64,000 nucleotides of DNA from Eledone cirrhosa (lineage: Eukaryota). Below the pieces are notes generated by a model, which saw only the letters and a list, made by a program, of their open reading frames with translations, had not been told where the DNA came from and did not search any database. The translations under genes were made by a program, and so were the position numbers. Within the stretch, counting starts at the first letter, position 1, and each line of letters starts with the position of its first letter. Where the stretch lies: NCBI GenBank assembly GCA_964016885.1, contig OZ024741.1, positions 275,466,001 to 275,530,000 of the forward strand. Direction: 5' to 3'. Positions 51,901 to 64,000 of the stretch are shown piece by piece.

Positions 51901-54900
51901 GGTGGTGTTGGTAGTGATGACAGTGGTGGTGTTGGTAGTGATGACAGTGGTGGTGTTGGTAGTGATGGCAGTGGTGGTGTTGGTAGTGATGGCAGTGGTG
52001 GTGTTGGTAGTGGTGGTGTTGGTAGTGATGACAGTGGTGGTGTTGGTAGTGATGGCAGTGGTGGTGTTGGTAGTGATGACAGTGGTGGTGTTGGTAGTGA
52101 TGGCAGTGGTGGTGTTGGTACTGGTGGTGTTGGTAGTGATGACAGTGGTGGTGTTGGTAGTGATGACAGTGGTGGTGTTGGTAGTGGTGGTGTTGGTAGT
52201 GATGGCAGTGGTGGTGTTGGTAGTGATGGCAGTGGTGGTGTTGGTAATGGTGGTGTTGGTAGTGATGACAGTGGTGGTGTTGGTAGTGATGGTAGTGGTG
52301 GTGTTGGTAGTGGTGGTGTTGGTAGTGATGACAGTGGTGGTGTTGGTAGTGATGACAGTGGTGGTGTTGGTAGTGGTGGTGTTGGTAGTGATGACAGTGG
52401 TGGTGTTGGTAGTGATGGTAGTGGTGGTGTTGGTAGTGATGACAGTGGTGGTGTTGGTAGTGATGACAGTGGTGGTGTTGGTAGTGATGGCAGTGGTGGT
52501 GTTGGTAGTGATGGCAGTGGTGGTGTTGGTAGTGGTGGTGTTGGTAGTGATGACAGTGGTGGTGTTGTTAGTGATGGCAGTGGTGGTGTTGGTAGTGATG
52601 ACAGTGGTGGTGTTGGTAGTGATGACAGTGGTGGTGTTGGTAGTGATGACAGTGGTGGTGTTGGTAGTGATGGCAGTGGTGGTGTTGGTAGTGATGGCAG
52701 TGGTGGTGTTGGTAGTGGTGGTGTTGGTAGTGGTGGTGTTGGTAGTGATGACAGTGGTGGTGTTGATAGTGATGGCAGTGGTGGTGTTGGTAGTGGTGGT
52801 GTTGGTAGTGATGGCAGTGGTGGTGTTGGTAGTGATGACAGTGGTGGTGTTGGTAGTGATGGCAGTGGTGGTGTTGGTAGTGATGACAGTGGTGGTGTTG
52901 GTAGTGATGGCAGTGGTGGTGTTGGTAGTGATGACAGTGGTGGTGTTGGTAGTGATGGCAGTGGTGGTGTTGGTAGTGATGGCAGTGGTGGTGTTGGTAG
53001 TGATGGCAGTGGTGGTGTTGGTAGTGATGGCAGTGGTGGTGTTGGTAGTGATGGCAGTGGTGGTGTTGGTAGTGATGACAGTGGTGGTGTTGGTAGTGAT
53101 GACAGTGGTGGTGTTGGTAGTGATGGTAGTGGTGGTGTTGGTAGTGATGGCAGTGGTGGTGTTGGTAGTGATGACAGTGGTGGTGTTGGTAGTGATGGTG
53201 TTGGTAGTGATGACAGTGGTGGTGTTGGTAGTGATGACAGTGGTGGTGTTGGTAGTGGTGGTGTTGGTAGTGATGACAGTGGTGGTGTTGGTAGTGATGG
53301 CAGTGGTGGTGTTGGTAGTGATGACAGTGGTGGTGTTGGTAGTGATGACAGTGGTGGTGTTGGTAGTGATGGCAGTGGTGGTGTTAGTAGTGATGACAGT
53401 GATGGTGTTGGTAGTGATGGCAGTGGTGGTGTTGGTAGTGATGGCAGTGGTGGTGTTGGTAGTGATGACAGTGGTGGTGTTGGTAGTGGTGACAGTGGTG
53501 GTGTTGGTAGTGATGGCAGTGATAGTGTTGGTAGTGGTGACAGTGGTGGTGTTGGTAGTGATGACAGTGGTGGTGTTAGTAGTGATGACAGTGGTGGTGT
53601 TGGTAGTGATGACAGTGGTGGTGTTGGTAGTGATGACAGTGGTGGTGTTGGTAGTGGTGGCAGTGGTGGTGTTGGTAGTGATGGCAGTGGTGGTGTTGGT
53701 AGTGATGGTGTTGGTGTTGGTAGTGGTGGTGTTGGTAGTGATGACAGTGGTGGTGTTGGTAGTGATGACAGTGGTGGTGTTGGTAGTGATGGCAGTGGTG
53801 GTGTTGGTAGTGATGGTGTTGGTGTTGGTAGTGGTGGTGTTGGTAGTGATGACAGTGGTGGTGTTGGTAGTGATGACAGTGGTGGTGTTGGTAGTGATGA
53901 CAGTGGTGGTGTTGGTAGTGATGGCAGTGGTGGTGTTGGTAGTGATGACAGTGGTGGTGTTGGTAGTGATGGCAGTGGTGGTGTTGGTAGTGATGGTGTT
54001 GGTAGTGATGGCAGTGGTGGTGTTGGTAGTGATGACAGTGGTGGTGTTGGTAGTGATGGCAGTGGTGGTGTTGGTAGTGATGGCAGTGGTGGTGTTGGTA
54101 GTGATGACAGTGGTGGTGTTGGTAGTGATGGCAGTGGTGTTGTTGGTAGTGATGGCAGTGGTGGTGTTGGTAGTGGTGACAGTGGTGGTGTTGGTAGTGA
54201 TGGCAGTGGTGGTTTTGGTAGTGATGGAAGTGGTGGTGTTGGTAGTGATGGCAGTGGTGGTGTTGGTAGTGGTGACAGTGGTGGTGTTGGTAGTGGTGGT
54301 GTTGGTAGTGATGGCAGTGGTGGTGTTGGTAGTGGTGACAGTGGTGGTGTTGGTAGTGATGGTGTTGGTAGTGATGGCAGTGGTGGTGTTGGTAGTGATG
54401 ACAGTGGTGGTGTTGGTAGTGATGGCAGTGGTGGTGTTGGTAGTGATGACAGTGGTGGTGTTGGTAGTGACGGCAGTGGTGGTGTTGGTAGTGACGACAG
54501 TGGTGGTGTTGGTAGTGATGACAGTGGTGGTGTTGGTAGTGATGACAGTGGTGGTGTTGGTAGTGACGACAGTGGTGGTGTTGGTAGTGATGACAGTGGT
54601 GGTGTTGGTAGTGATGACAGTGGTGGTGTTGGTAGTGATGACACTGGTGGTGTTGGTAGTGATGGCAGTGGTGGTGTTGGTAGTGATGACAGTGGTGGTG
54701 TTGGTAGTGACGGCAGTGGTGGTGTTGGTAGTGATGACAGTGGTGGTGTTGGTAGTGATGACAGTGGTGGTGTTGGTAGTGATGACAGTGGTGGTGTTGG
54801 TAGTGATGGCAGTGGTGGTGTTGGTCGTGATGACAGTGGTGGTGTTGGTAGTGATGACAGTGGTGGTGTTGGTAGTGATGGCAGTGGTGGTGTTGGTAGT

Positions 54901-57900
54901 GATGACAGTGGTGGTGTTGGTAGTGATGACAGTGGTGGTGTTGGTAGTGATGACAGTGGTGGTGTTGGTAGTGACGGCAGTGGTGGTGTTGGTAGTGATG
55001 ACAGTGGTGGTGTTGGTAGTGATGACAGTGGTGGTGTTGGTAGTGATGGCAGTGGTGGTGTTGGTAGTGATGACAGTGGTGGTGTTGGTAGTGATGACAG
55101 TGGTGGTGTTGGTAGTGATGGCAGTGATGGTGTTGGTAGTCATGACAGTGATGGTGTTGGTAGTGATGGCAGTGGTGGTGTTGGTAGTGATGGCAGTGGT
55201 GGTGTTGGTAGTGATGGCAGTGATGGTGTTGGTAGTGATGACAGTGGTGGTGTTGGTAGTGATGACAGTGGTGGTGTTGGTAGTGATGGCAGTGGTGGTG
55301 TTGGTAGTGATGGCAGTGGTGGTGTTGGTAGTGATGACAGTGGTGGTGTTGGTAGTGACGGCAGTGGTGGTGTTGGTAGTGGTGGTGTTGGTAGTGATGA
55401 CAGTGGTGGTGTTGGTAGTGATGGCAGTGGTGGTGTTGGTAGTGATGGCAGTGGTGGTGTTGGTAGTGGTGGTGTTGGTAGTGATGACAGTGGTGGTGTT
55501 GGTAGTGATGGCAGTGGTGGTGTTGGTAGTGATGACAGTGGTGGTGTTGGTAGTGATGGCAGTGGTGGTGTTGGTAGTGATGACAGTGGTGGTGTTGGTA
55601 GTGATGACAGTGGTGGTGTTGGTAGTGATGGCAGTGATGGTGTTGGTAGTGATGACAGTGGTGGTGTTGGTAGTGATGACAGTGGTGGTGTTGGTAGTGA
55701 TGGCAGTGGTGGTGTTTGTAGTGATGGCAGTGGTGGTGTTGGTAGTGATGACAGTGGTGGTGTTGGTAGTGACGGCAGTGGTGGTGTTGGTAGTGATGAC
55801 AGTGGTGGTGTTGGTAGTGATGGCAGTGGTGGTGTTGGTAGTGGTGGTGTTGGTAGTGATGGCAGTGGTGGTGTTGGTAGTGGTGGTGTTGGTAGTGGTG
55901 GTGTTGGTAGTGATGACAGTGGTGGTGTTGGTAGAGATGGCAGTGGTGGTGTTGGTCGTGATGACAGTGGTGGTGTTGGTAGTGACGGCAGTGGTGGTGT
56001 TGGTAGTGGTGGTGTTGGTAGTGGTGGTGTTGGTAGTGATGGCAGTGGTGGTGTTGGTAGTGGTGGTGTTGGTAGTGATGGCAGTGGTGGTGTTGGTAGT
56101 GGTGGTGTTGGTAGTGGTGGTGTTGGTAGTGATGACAGTGGTGGTGTTGGTAGTGATGGCAGTGGTGGTGTTGGTAGTGGTGGTGTTGGTAGTGATGGCA
56201 GTGGTGGTGTTGGTAGTGATGACAGTGGTGGTGTTGGTAGTGATGGCAGTGGTGGTGTTGGTAGTGATGGCAGTGGTGGTGTTGGTAGTGGTGGTGTTGG
56301 TAGTGATGACAGTGGTGGTGTTGGTAGTGATGGCAGTGGTGGTGTTGGTAGTGATGACAGTGGTGGTGTTGGTAGTGACGGCAGTGGTGGTGTTGGTAGT
56401 GGTGGTGTTGGTAGTGATGACAGTGGTGGTGTTGGTAGTGATGGCAGTGGTGGTGTTGGTAGTGGTGGTGTTGGTAGTGATGGCAGTGGTGGTGTTGGTA
56501 GTGGTGGTGTTGGTAGTGGTGGTGTTGGTAGTGATGGCAGTGGTGGTGTTGGTAGTGATGGCAGTGGTGGTGTTGGTAGTGGTGGTGTTAGTAGTGATGA
56601 CAGTGGTGGTGTTGGTAGTGATGGCAGTGGTGGTGTTGGTAGTGATGACAGTGGTGGTGTTGGTAGTGACGGCAGTGGTGGTGTTGGTAGTGATGACAGT
56701 GGTGGTGTTGGTAGTGATGACAGTGGTGGTGTTGGTAGTGATGACAGTGGTGGTGTTGGTAGTGATGGTGTTGGTAGTGATGGCAGTGGTGGTGTTGGTA
56801 GTGATGACAGTGGTGGTGTTGGTAGTGATGGCAGTGGTGGTGTTGGTAGTGGTGGTGTTGGTAGTGATGGCAGTGGTGGTGTTGGTAGTGGTTGTGTTGG
56901 TAGTGGTGGTGTTGGTAGTGATGACAGTGGTGGTGTTGGTAGTGATGGCAGTGGTGGTGTTGGTAGTGATGACAGTGGTGGTGTTGGTAGTGATGGCAGT
57001 GGTGGTGTTGGTAGTGATGGCAGTGGTGGTGTTGGTAGTGGTGGTGTTGGTAGTGATGACAGTGGTGGTGTTGGTAGTGATGGCAGTGGTGGTGTTGGTA
57101 GTGATGACAGTGGTGGTGTTGGTAGTGACGGCAGTGGTGGTGTTGGTGGTGTTGGTAGTGGTGGTGTTGGTAGTGATGACAGTGGTGGTGTTGGTAGTGG
57201 TGGTGTTGGTAGTGATGACAGTGGTGGTGTTGGTAGTGATGGCAGTGGTGGTGTTGGTAGTGATGACAGTGGTGGTGTTGGTAGTGACGGCAGTGGTGGT
57301 GTTGGTAGTGGTGGTGTTGGTAGTGATGGCAGTGGTGGTGTTGGTAGTGATGACAGTGTTGGTAGTGATGGCAGTGGTGGTGTTGGTAGTGGTGGTGTTG
57401 GTAGTGATGACGGTGGTGGTGTTGGTAGTGATGACAGTGGTGGTGTTGGTAGTGATGGCAGTGGTGGTGTTGGTAGTGATGGCAGTGGTGGTGTTGGTAA
57501 TGGTGGTGTTGGTAGTGATGACAGTGGTGGTGTTGGTAGTGATGGCAGTGGTGGTGTTGGTAGTGATGACAGTGGTGGTGTTGGTAGTGACGGCAGTGGT
57601 GGTGTTGGTAGTGGTGGTGTTGGTAGTGGTGGTGTTGGTAGTGATGGCAGTGGTGGTGTTGGTAGTGGTGGTGTTGGTAGTGATGGCAGTGGTGGTGTTG
57701 GTAGTGATGACAGTGGTGGTGTTGGTAGTGACGGCAGTGGTAGGGTTGGTAGTGGTGGTGTTGGTAGTGGTGGTGTTGGTAGTGATGGCAGTGGTGGTGT
57801 TGGTAGTGGTGGTGTTGGTAGTGATGGCAGTGGTGGTGTTGGTAGTGATGACAGTGGTGGTGTTGGTAGTGATGACAGTGGTGTTGATAGTGATGGCAGT

Positions 57901-60900
57901 GGTGGTGTTGGTAGTGGTGGTGTTGGTAGTGGTGGTGTTGGTAGTGATGACAGTGGTGGTGTTGGTAGTGATGGCAGTGGTGGTGTTGGTAGTGATGACA
58001 GTGGTGGTGTTGGTAGTGACGGCAGTGGTGGTGTTGGTGGTGTTGGTAGTGATGGCAGTGGTGGTGTTGGTAGTGGTGGTGTTGGTAGTGATGACAGTGG
58101 TGGTGTTGGTAGTGATGGCAGTGGTGGTGTTGGTAGTGGTGGTGTTGGTAGTGATGGCAGTGGTGGTGTTGGTAGTGATGGCTGTGGTGGTGTTGGTAGT
58201 GGTGGTGTTGGTAGTGATGGCAGTGGTGGTGTTGGTAGTGATGACAGTGGTGGTGTTGGTAGTGATGGCAGTGGTGGTGTTGGTAGTGATGACAGTGGTG
58301 GTGTTGGTAGTGATGACAGTGGTGGTGTTGGTAGTGATGACAGTGGTGGTGTTGGTAGTGATGACAGTGGTGGTGTTGGTAGTGTTGGTAGTGGTGGTGT
58401 TGGTAGTGATGGCAGTGGTGGTGTTGGTAGTGATGGCAGTGGTGGTGTTGGTAGTGATGACAGTGGTGGTGTTGGTAGTGACGGCAGTGGTGGTGTTGGT
58501 AGTGGTGGTGTTGGTAGTGATGACAGTGGTAGTGTTGGTAGTGATGGCAGTGGTGGTGTTGGTAGTGGTGGTGTTGGTAGTGATGGCAGTGATGGTGTTG
58601 GTAGTGGTGGTGTTGGTAGTGATGACAGTGGTGGTGTTGTTAGTGATGGCAGTGGTGGTGTTGGTAGTGGTGGTGTTGGTAGTGATGGCAGTGGTGGTGT
58701 TGGTAGTGATGACAGTGGTGGTGTTGGTAGTGATGGCAGTGGTGGTGTTGGTAGTGATGACAGTGGTGGTGTTGGTAGTGATGGCAGTGGTGGTGTTGGT
58801 AGTGATGACAGTGGTGGTGTTGGTAGTGATGACAGTGGTGGTGTTGGTAGTGATGACAGTGGTGGTGTTGGTAGTGATGACAGTGGTGGTGTTGGTAGTG
58901 ATGGCAGTGATGGTGTTGCTAGTGATGGCAGTGGTGGTGTTGGTAGTGATGACAGTGATGGTGTTGGTAGTGATGGTAGTGGTGGTGTTGGTAGTGATGA
59001 CAGTGATGGTGTTGGTAGTGATGGCAGTGGTGGTGTTGGTAGTGATGACAGTGGTAGTGATGGTGTTGGTAGTGATGACAGTGGTTGTGTTGGTAGTGGT
59101 GGTGTTGGTAGTGATGACAGTGCTGGTGTTGGTAGTGATGGCAGTGGTGGTGTTGGTAGTGATGACAGTGGTGGTGTTGGTAGTGATGACAGTGGTGGTG
59201 TTGGTAGTGATGGCAGTGGTGGTGTTGGTAGTGATGACAGTGGTGGTGTTGGTAGTGATGACAGTGGTGGTGTTGGTAGTGATGGTGTTGGTAGTGATGA
59301 CAGTGGTGGTGTTGGTAGTGATGACAGTGGTGGTGTTGGTAGTGATGACAGTGGTGTTGATAGTGATGGCAGTGGTGGTGTTGGTAGTGATGACAGTGGT
59401 GGTGTTGGTAGTGATGGCAGTGGTGGTGTTGGTAGTGATGACAGTGGTGGTGTTGGTAGTGACGGCAGTGGTGGTGTTGGTAGTGGTGGTGTTGGTAGTG
59501 ATGGCAGTGGTGGTGTTGGTAGTGGTGGTGTTGGTAGTGGTGGTGTTGGTAGTGATGACAGTGGTGGTGTTGGTAGTGATGGCAGTGGTGGTGTTGGTAG
59601 TGGTGGTGTTGGTAGTGATGGCAGTGGTGGTGTTGGTAGTGGTGGTGTTGGTAGTGATGGCAGTGGTGGTGTTGGTAGTGATGGCAGTGGTGGTGTTGGT
59701 AGTGATGACAGTGGTGGTGTTGGTAGTGATGGCAGTGGTGGTGTTGGTAGTGATGACAGTGGTGGTGTTGGTAGTGATGACAGTGGTGGTGTTGGTAGTG
59801 ATGGCAGTGATGGTGTTGGTAGTGATGACAGTGGTGGTGTTGGTAGTGATGACAGTGCTGGTGTTGGTAGTGATGACAGTGGTGGTGTTGGTAGTGATGA
59901 CAGTGGTGGTGTTGGTAGTGACGGCAGTGGTGGTGTTGGTAGTGGTGGTGTTGGTAGTGATGACAGTGGTGGTGTTGGTAGTGATGGCAGTGGTGGTGTT
60001 GGTAGTGATGGCAGTGGTGGTGTTGGTAGTGGTGGTGTTGGTAGTGATGGCAGTGGTGGTGTTGGTAGTGATGACAGTGGTGGTGTTGGTAGTGATGGCA
60101 GTGGTGGTGTTGGTAGTGGTGGTGTTGGTAGTGATGGCAGTGGTGGTGTTGGTAGTGATGACAGTGGTGGTGTTGGTAGTGATGGCAGTGGTGGTGTTGG
60201 TAGTGATGACAGTGGTGGTGTTGGTAGTGATGGCAGTGGTGGTGTTGGTAGTGATGACAGTGGTGGTGTCGGTAGTGATGGCAGTGGTGGTGTTGGTAGT
60301 GATGACAGTGGTGGTGTTGGTAGTGATGGCAGTGGTGGTGTTGGTAGTGATGACAGTGGTGGTGTTGGTAGTGATGACAGTGGTGGTGTTGGTAGTGATG
60401 ACAGTGGTGGTGTTGGTAGTGATGGCAGTGATGGTGTTGGTAGTGATGGCAGTGGTGGTGTTGGTAGTGGTGGTGTTGGTAGTGATGACAGTGATGGTGT
60501 TGGTAGTGATGGTAGTGGTGGTGTTGGTAGTGATGACAGTGATGGTGTTGGTAGTGATGGCAGTGGTGGTGTTGGTAGTGATGACAGTGGTAGTGATGGT
60601 GTTGGTAGTGATGACAGTGGTGGTGTTGGTAGTGATGACAGTGGTTGTGTTGGTAGTGGTGGTGTTGGTAGTGATGACAGTGGTGGTGTTGGTAGTGATG
60701 GCAGTGGTGGTGTTGGTAGTGATGACAGTGGTGGTGTTGGTAGTGATGACAGTGGTGGTGTTGGTAGTGATGGCAGTGGTGGTGTTGGTAGTGATGACAG
60801 TGGTGGTGTTGGTAGTGATGACAGTGGTGGTGTTGGTAGTGATGGTGTTGGTAGTGATGACAGTGGTGGTGTTGGTAGTGATGGTGTTGGTAGTGATGAC

Positions 60901-63900
60901 AGTGGTGGTGTTGGTAGTGATGACAGTGGTGGTGTTGGTAGTGATGGCAGTGGTGGTGTTGGTAGTGATGACAGTGGTGGTGTTGGTAGTGATGACAGTG
61001 GTGGTGTTGGTAGTGATGACAGTGGTGGTGTTGGTAGTGATGGCAGTGGTGGTGTTGGTAGTGATGACAGTGATGGTGTTGGTAGTGATGGCAGTGGTGG
61101 TGTTGGTAGTGATGGCAGTGGTGGTGTTGGTAGTGATGACAGTGGTGGTGTTGGTAGTGATGACAGTGGTGGTGTTGGTAGTGATGACAGTGGTGGTGTT
61201 GGTAGTGGTGACAGTGGTGGTTTTGGTAGTGATGGCAGTGATAGTGTTGGTAGTGATGACAGTGGTGGTGTTGGTAGTGATGACAGTGGTGGTGTTGGTA
61301 GTGGTGACAGTGGTGGTGTTGGTAGTGATGGCAGTGATAGTGTTGGTAGTGATGACAGTGGTGGTGTTGGTAGTGATGACAGTGGTGGTGTTGGTAGTGA
61401 TGACAGTGGTGGTGTTGGTAGTGATGACAGTGGTGGTGTTGGTAGTGATGGCAGTGGTGGTGTTGGTAGTGATGACAGTGGTGGTGTTGGTAGTGATGAC
61501 AGTGGTGGTGTTGGTAGTGGTGACAGTGGTGGTGTTGGTAGTGGTGACAGTGGTGGTGTTGGTAGTGGTGGTGTTGGTAGTGATGGCAGTGGTGGTGTTG
61601 GTAGTGGTGACAGTGGTGGTGTTGGTAGTGATGGCAGTGGTGGTGTTGGTAGTGGTGGTGTTGGTAGTGATGGCAGTGGTGGTGTTGGTAGTGATGGCAG
61701 TGGTGGTGTTGGTAGTGATGGCAGTGGTGGTGTTGGTAGTGGTGGTGTTGGTAGTGATTGCAGTGGTGGTGTTGGTAGTGGTGGTGTTGGTAGTGATGGT
61801 AGTGGTGGTGTTGGTAGTGATGGCAGTGGTGGTGTTGGTAGTGATGACAGTGGTGGTGTTGGTAGTGATGGCAGTGGTGGTGTTGGTAGTGGTGACAGTG
61901 GTGGTGTTGGTAGTGATGACAGTGGTGGTGTTGGTAGTGATGGCGGTGGTGGTGTTGGTCGTGATGGCAGTGGTGGTGTTGGTAGTGATGACAGTGGTGG
62001 TGTTGGTAGTGACGGCAGTGGTGGTGTTGGTAGTGATGACAGTGGTGGTGTTGGTAGTGATGACAGTGGTGGTGTTGGTAGTGATGACAGTGGTGGTGTT
62101 GGTAGTGACGGCAGTGGTGGTGTTGGTAGTGATGACAGTGGTGGTGCTGGTAGTGATGACAGTGGTGGTGTTGGTAGTGATGACAGTGGTGGTGTTGGTA
62201 GTGACGGCAGTGGTGGTGTTGGTAGTGATGACAGTGGTGGTGTTGGTAGTGACGGCAGTGGTGGTGTTGGTAGTGATGACAGTGGTGGTGTTGGTAGTGA
62301 TGGCAGTGGTGGTGTTGGTAGTGATGACAGTGGTGGTGTTGGTAGTGATGACAGTGGTGGTGTTGGTAGTGATGACAGTGGTGGTGTTGGTAGTGATGAC
62401 AGTGGTGTTGTTGGTAGTGATGACAGTGGTGGTGTTGGTAGTGATGACAGTGGTGGTGTTGGTAGTGATGGCAGTGGTGGTGTTGGTAGTGATGGCAGTG
62501 GTGGTGTTGGTAGTAATGACAGTGGTGGTGTTGGTAGTGATGACAGTGGTGGTGTTGGTAGTGATGACAGTGGTGGTGTTGGTAGTGATGGCAGTGGTGG
62601 TGTTGGTAGTGATGGCAGTGGTGGTGTTGGTAGTGATGGCAGTGGTGGTGTTGGTAGTGATGACAGTGGTGGTGTTGGTAGTGATGACAGTGGTGGTGTT
62701 GGTAGTGATGACAGTGGTGGTGTTGGTAGTGATGGCAGTGTGGTGTTGGTAGTGATGACAGTGGTGGTGTTGGTAGTGATGGCAGTGGTGGTGTTGGTAG
62801 TGATGGCAGTGGTGGTGTTGGTAGTGATGGCAGTGGTGGTGTTGGTAGTGATGACAGTGGTGGTGTTGGTAGTGATGACAGTGGTGGTGTTGGTAGTGAT
62901 GACAGTGGTGGTGTTGGTAGTGATGACAGTGGTGGTGTTGGTAGTGATGACAGTGGTGGTGTTGGTAGTGATGACAGTGGTGGTGTTGGTAGTGATGGCA
63001 GTGATGGTGTTGGTAGTGATGGCAGTGGTGGTGTTGGTAGTGGTGGTGTTGGTAGTGATGACAGTGATGGTGTTGGTAGTGATGGTAGTGGTGGTGTTGG
63101 TAGTGATGACAGTGATGGTGTTGGTAGTGATGGCAGTGGTGGTGTTGGTAGTGATGACAGTGGTAGTGATGGTGTTGGTAGTGATGACAGTGGTGGTGTT
63201 GGTAGTGATGACAGTGGTTGTGTTGGTAGTGGTGGTGTTGGTAGTGATGACAGTGGTGGTGTTGGTAGTGATGGCAGTGGTGGTGTTGGTAGTGATGACA
63301 GTGGTGGTGTTGGTAGTGATGACAGTGGTGGTGTTGGTAGTGATGGCAGTGGTGGTGTTGGTAGTGATGACAGTGGTGGTGTTGGTAGTGATGACAGTGG
63401 TGGTGTTGGTAGTGATGGTGTTGGTAGTGATGACAGTGGTGGTGTTAGTAGTGATGGTGTTGGTAGTGATGACAGTGGTGGTGTTGGTAGTGATGACAGT
63501 GGTGGTGTTGGTAGTGATGGCAGTGGTGGTGTTGGTAGTGATGACAGTGGTGGTGTTGGTAGTGATGACAGTGGTGGTGTTGGTAGTGATGACAGTGGTG
63601 GTGTTGGTAGTGATGGCAGTGGTGGTGTTGGTAGTGATGACAGTGATGGTGTTGGTAGTGATGGCAGTGGTGGTGTTGGTAGTGATGGCAGTGGTGGTGT
63701 TGGTAGTGATGACAGTGGTGGTGTTGGTAGTGATGACAGTGGTGGTGTTGGTAGTGATGACAGTGGTGGTGTTGGTAGTGGTGACAGTGGTGGTTTTGGT
63801 AGTGATGGCAGTGATAGTGTTGGTAGTGATGACAGTGGTGGTGTTGGTAGTGATGACAGTGGTGGTGTTGGTAGTGGTGACAGTGGTGGTGTTGGTAGTG

Positions 63901-64000
63901 ATGGCAGTGATAGTGTTGGTAGTGATGACAGTGGTGGTGTTGGTAGTGATGACAGTGGTGGTGTTGGTAGTGATGACAGTGGTGGTGTTGGTAGTGATGA
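33987..64000. repeat. ~30-kb GT-rich 24-bp minisatellite array (AGTGGTGGTGTTGGTAGTGATGRC)n, running off the window
   Basis: 8-codon periodicity in all frames; 15- and 21-bp deletion variants; begins as mixed (GAT)n(GGT)n(AGT)n at 33987-34180. Confidence 0.97.

Noticed and set aside
33780-62752. Giant ORFs over the array, including a mucin-like (TTNTTTVI)n frame of 7052 aa
   Set aside because: The unit has no stops in any minus-strand frame, so openness is automatic. The frameshifting GACAGGGCGG variant is propagated four times and another occurs at ~62740. No signal peptide or non-repetitive domain is visible.
33987-64000. Telomeric or RTE-tail origin of the GT-rich array
   Set aside because: No TTAGGG-type repeat, and no RTE 3' UTR precedes the initial (GAT)n.

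Overview
Repeat-dominated eukaryotic (animal) DNA. The tRNA-derived SINEs and the RTE family resemble cephalopod (octopus) repeats as I recall them; this is an inference. No host gene can be called with confidence. Bases 1-33.9 kb are TA-rich micro/minisatellites holding: five copies of one RTE-clade LINE (one essentially full-length, with a PHD-like C4HC3 finger inserted inside the RT); a 5'-truncated Penelope-like element (RT + GIY-YIG) with a 131-bp inverted terminal copy; two SINEs; and several short non-coding elements with type I hammerhead ribozyme (HHR) motifs. There are about nine HHR motifs from at least three sequence families, plus one decayed motif. The best-supported family is a ~420-463-bp tandem unit found at three loci. 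It shows stem covariation, a palindromic mini-stem III, a conserved octamer + TATA module and Penelope-style 5' inversions, so it looks like a Penelope-mobilised retrozyme system. Bases ~34.0-64.0 kb are a single GT-rich 24-bp minisatellite array with multi-kb higher-order duplications. The long ORFs over the repeats are artefacts.
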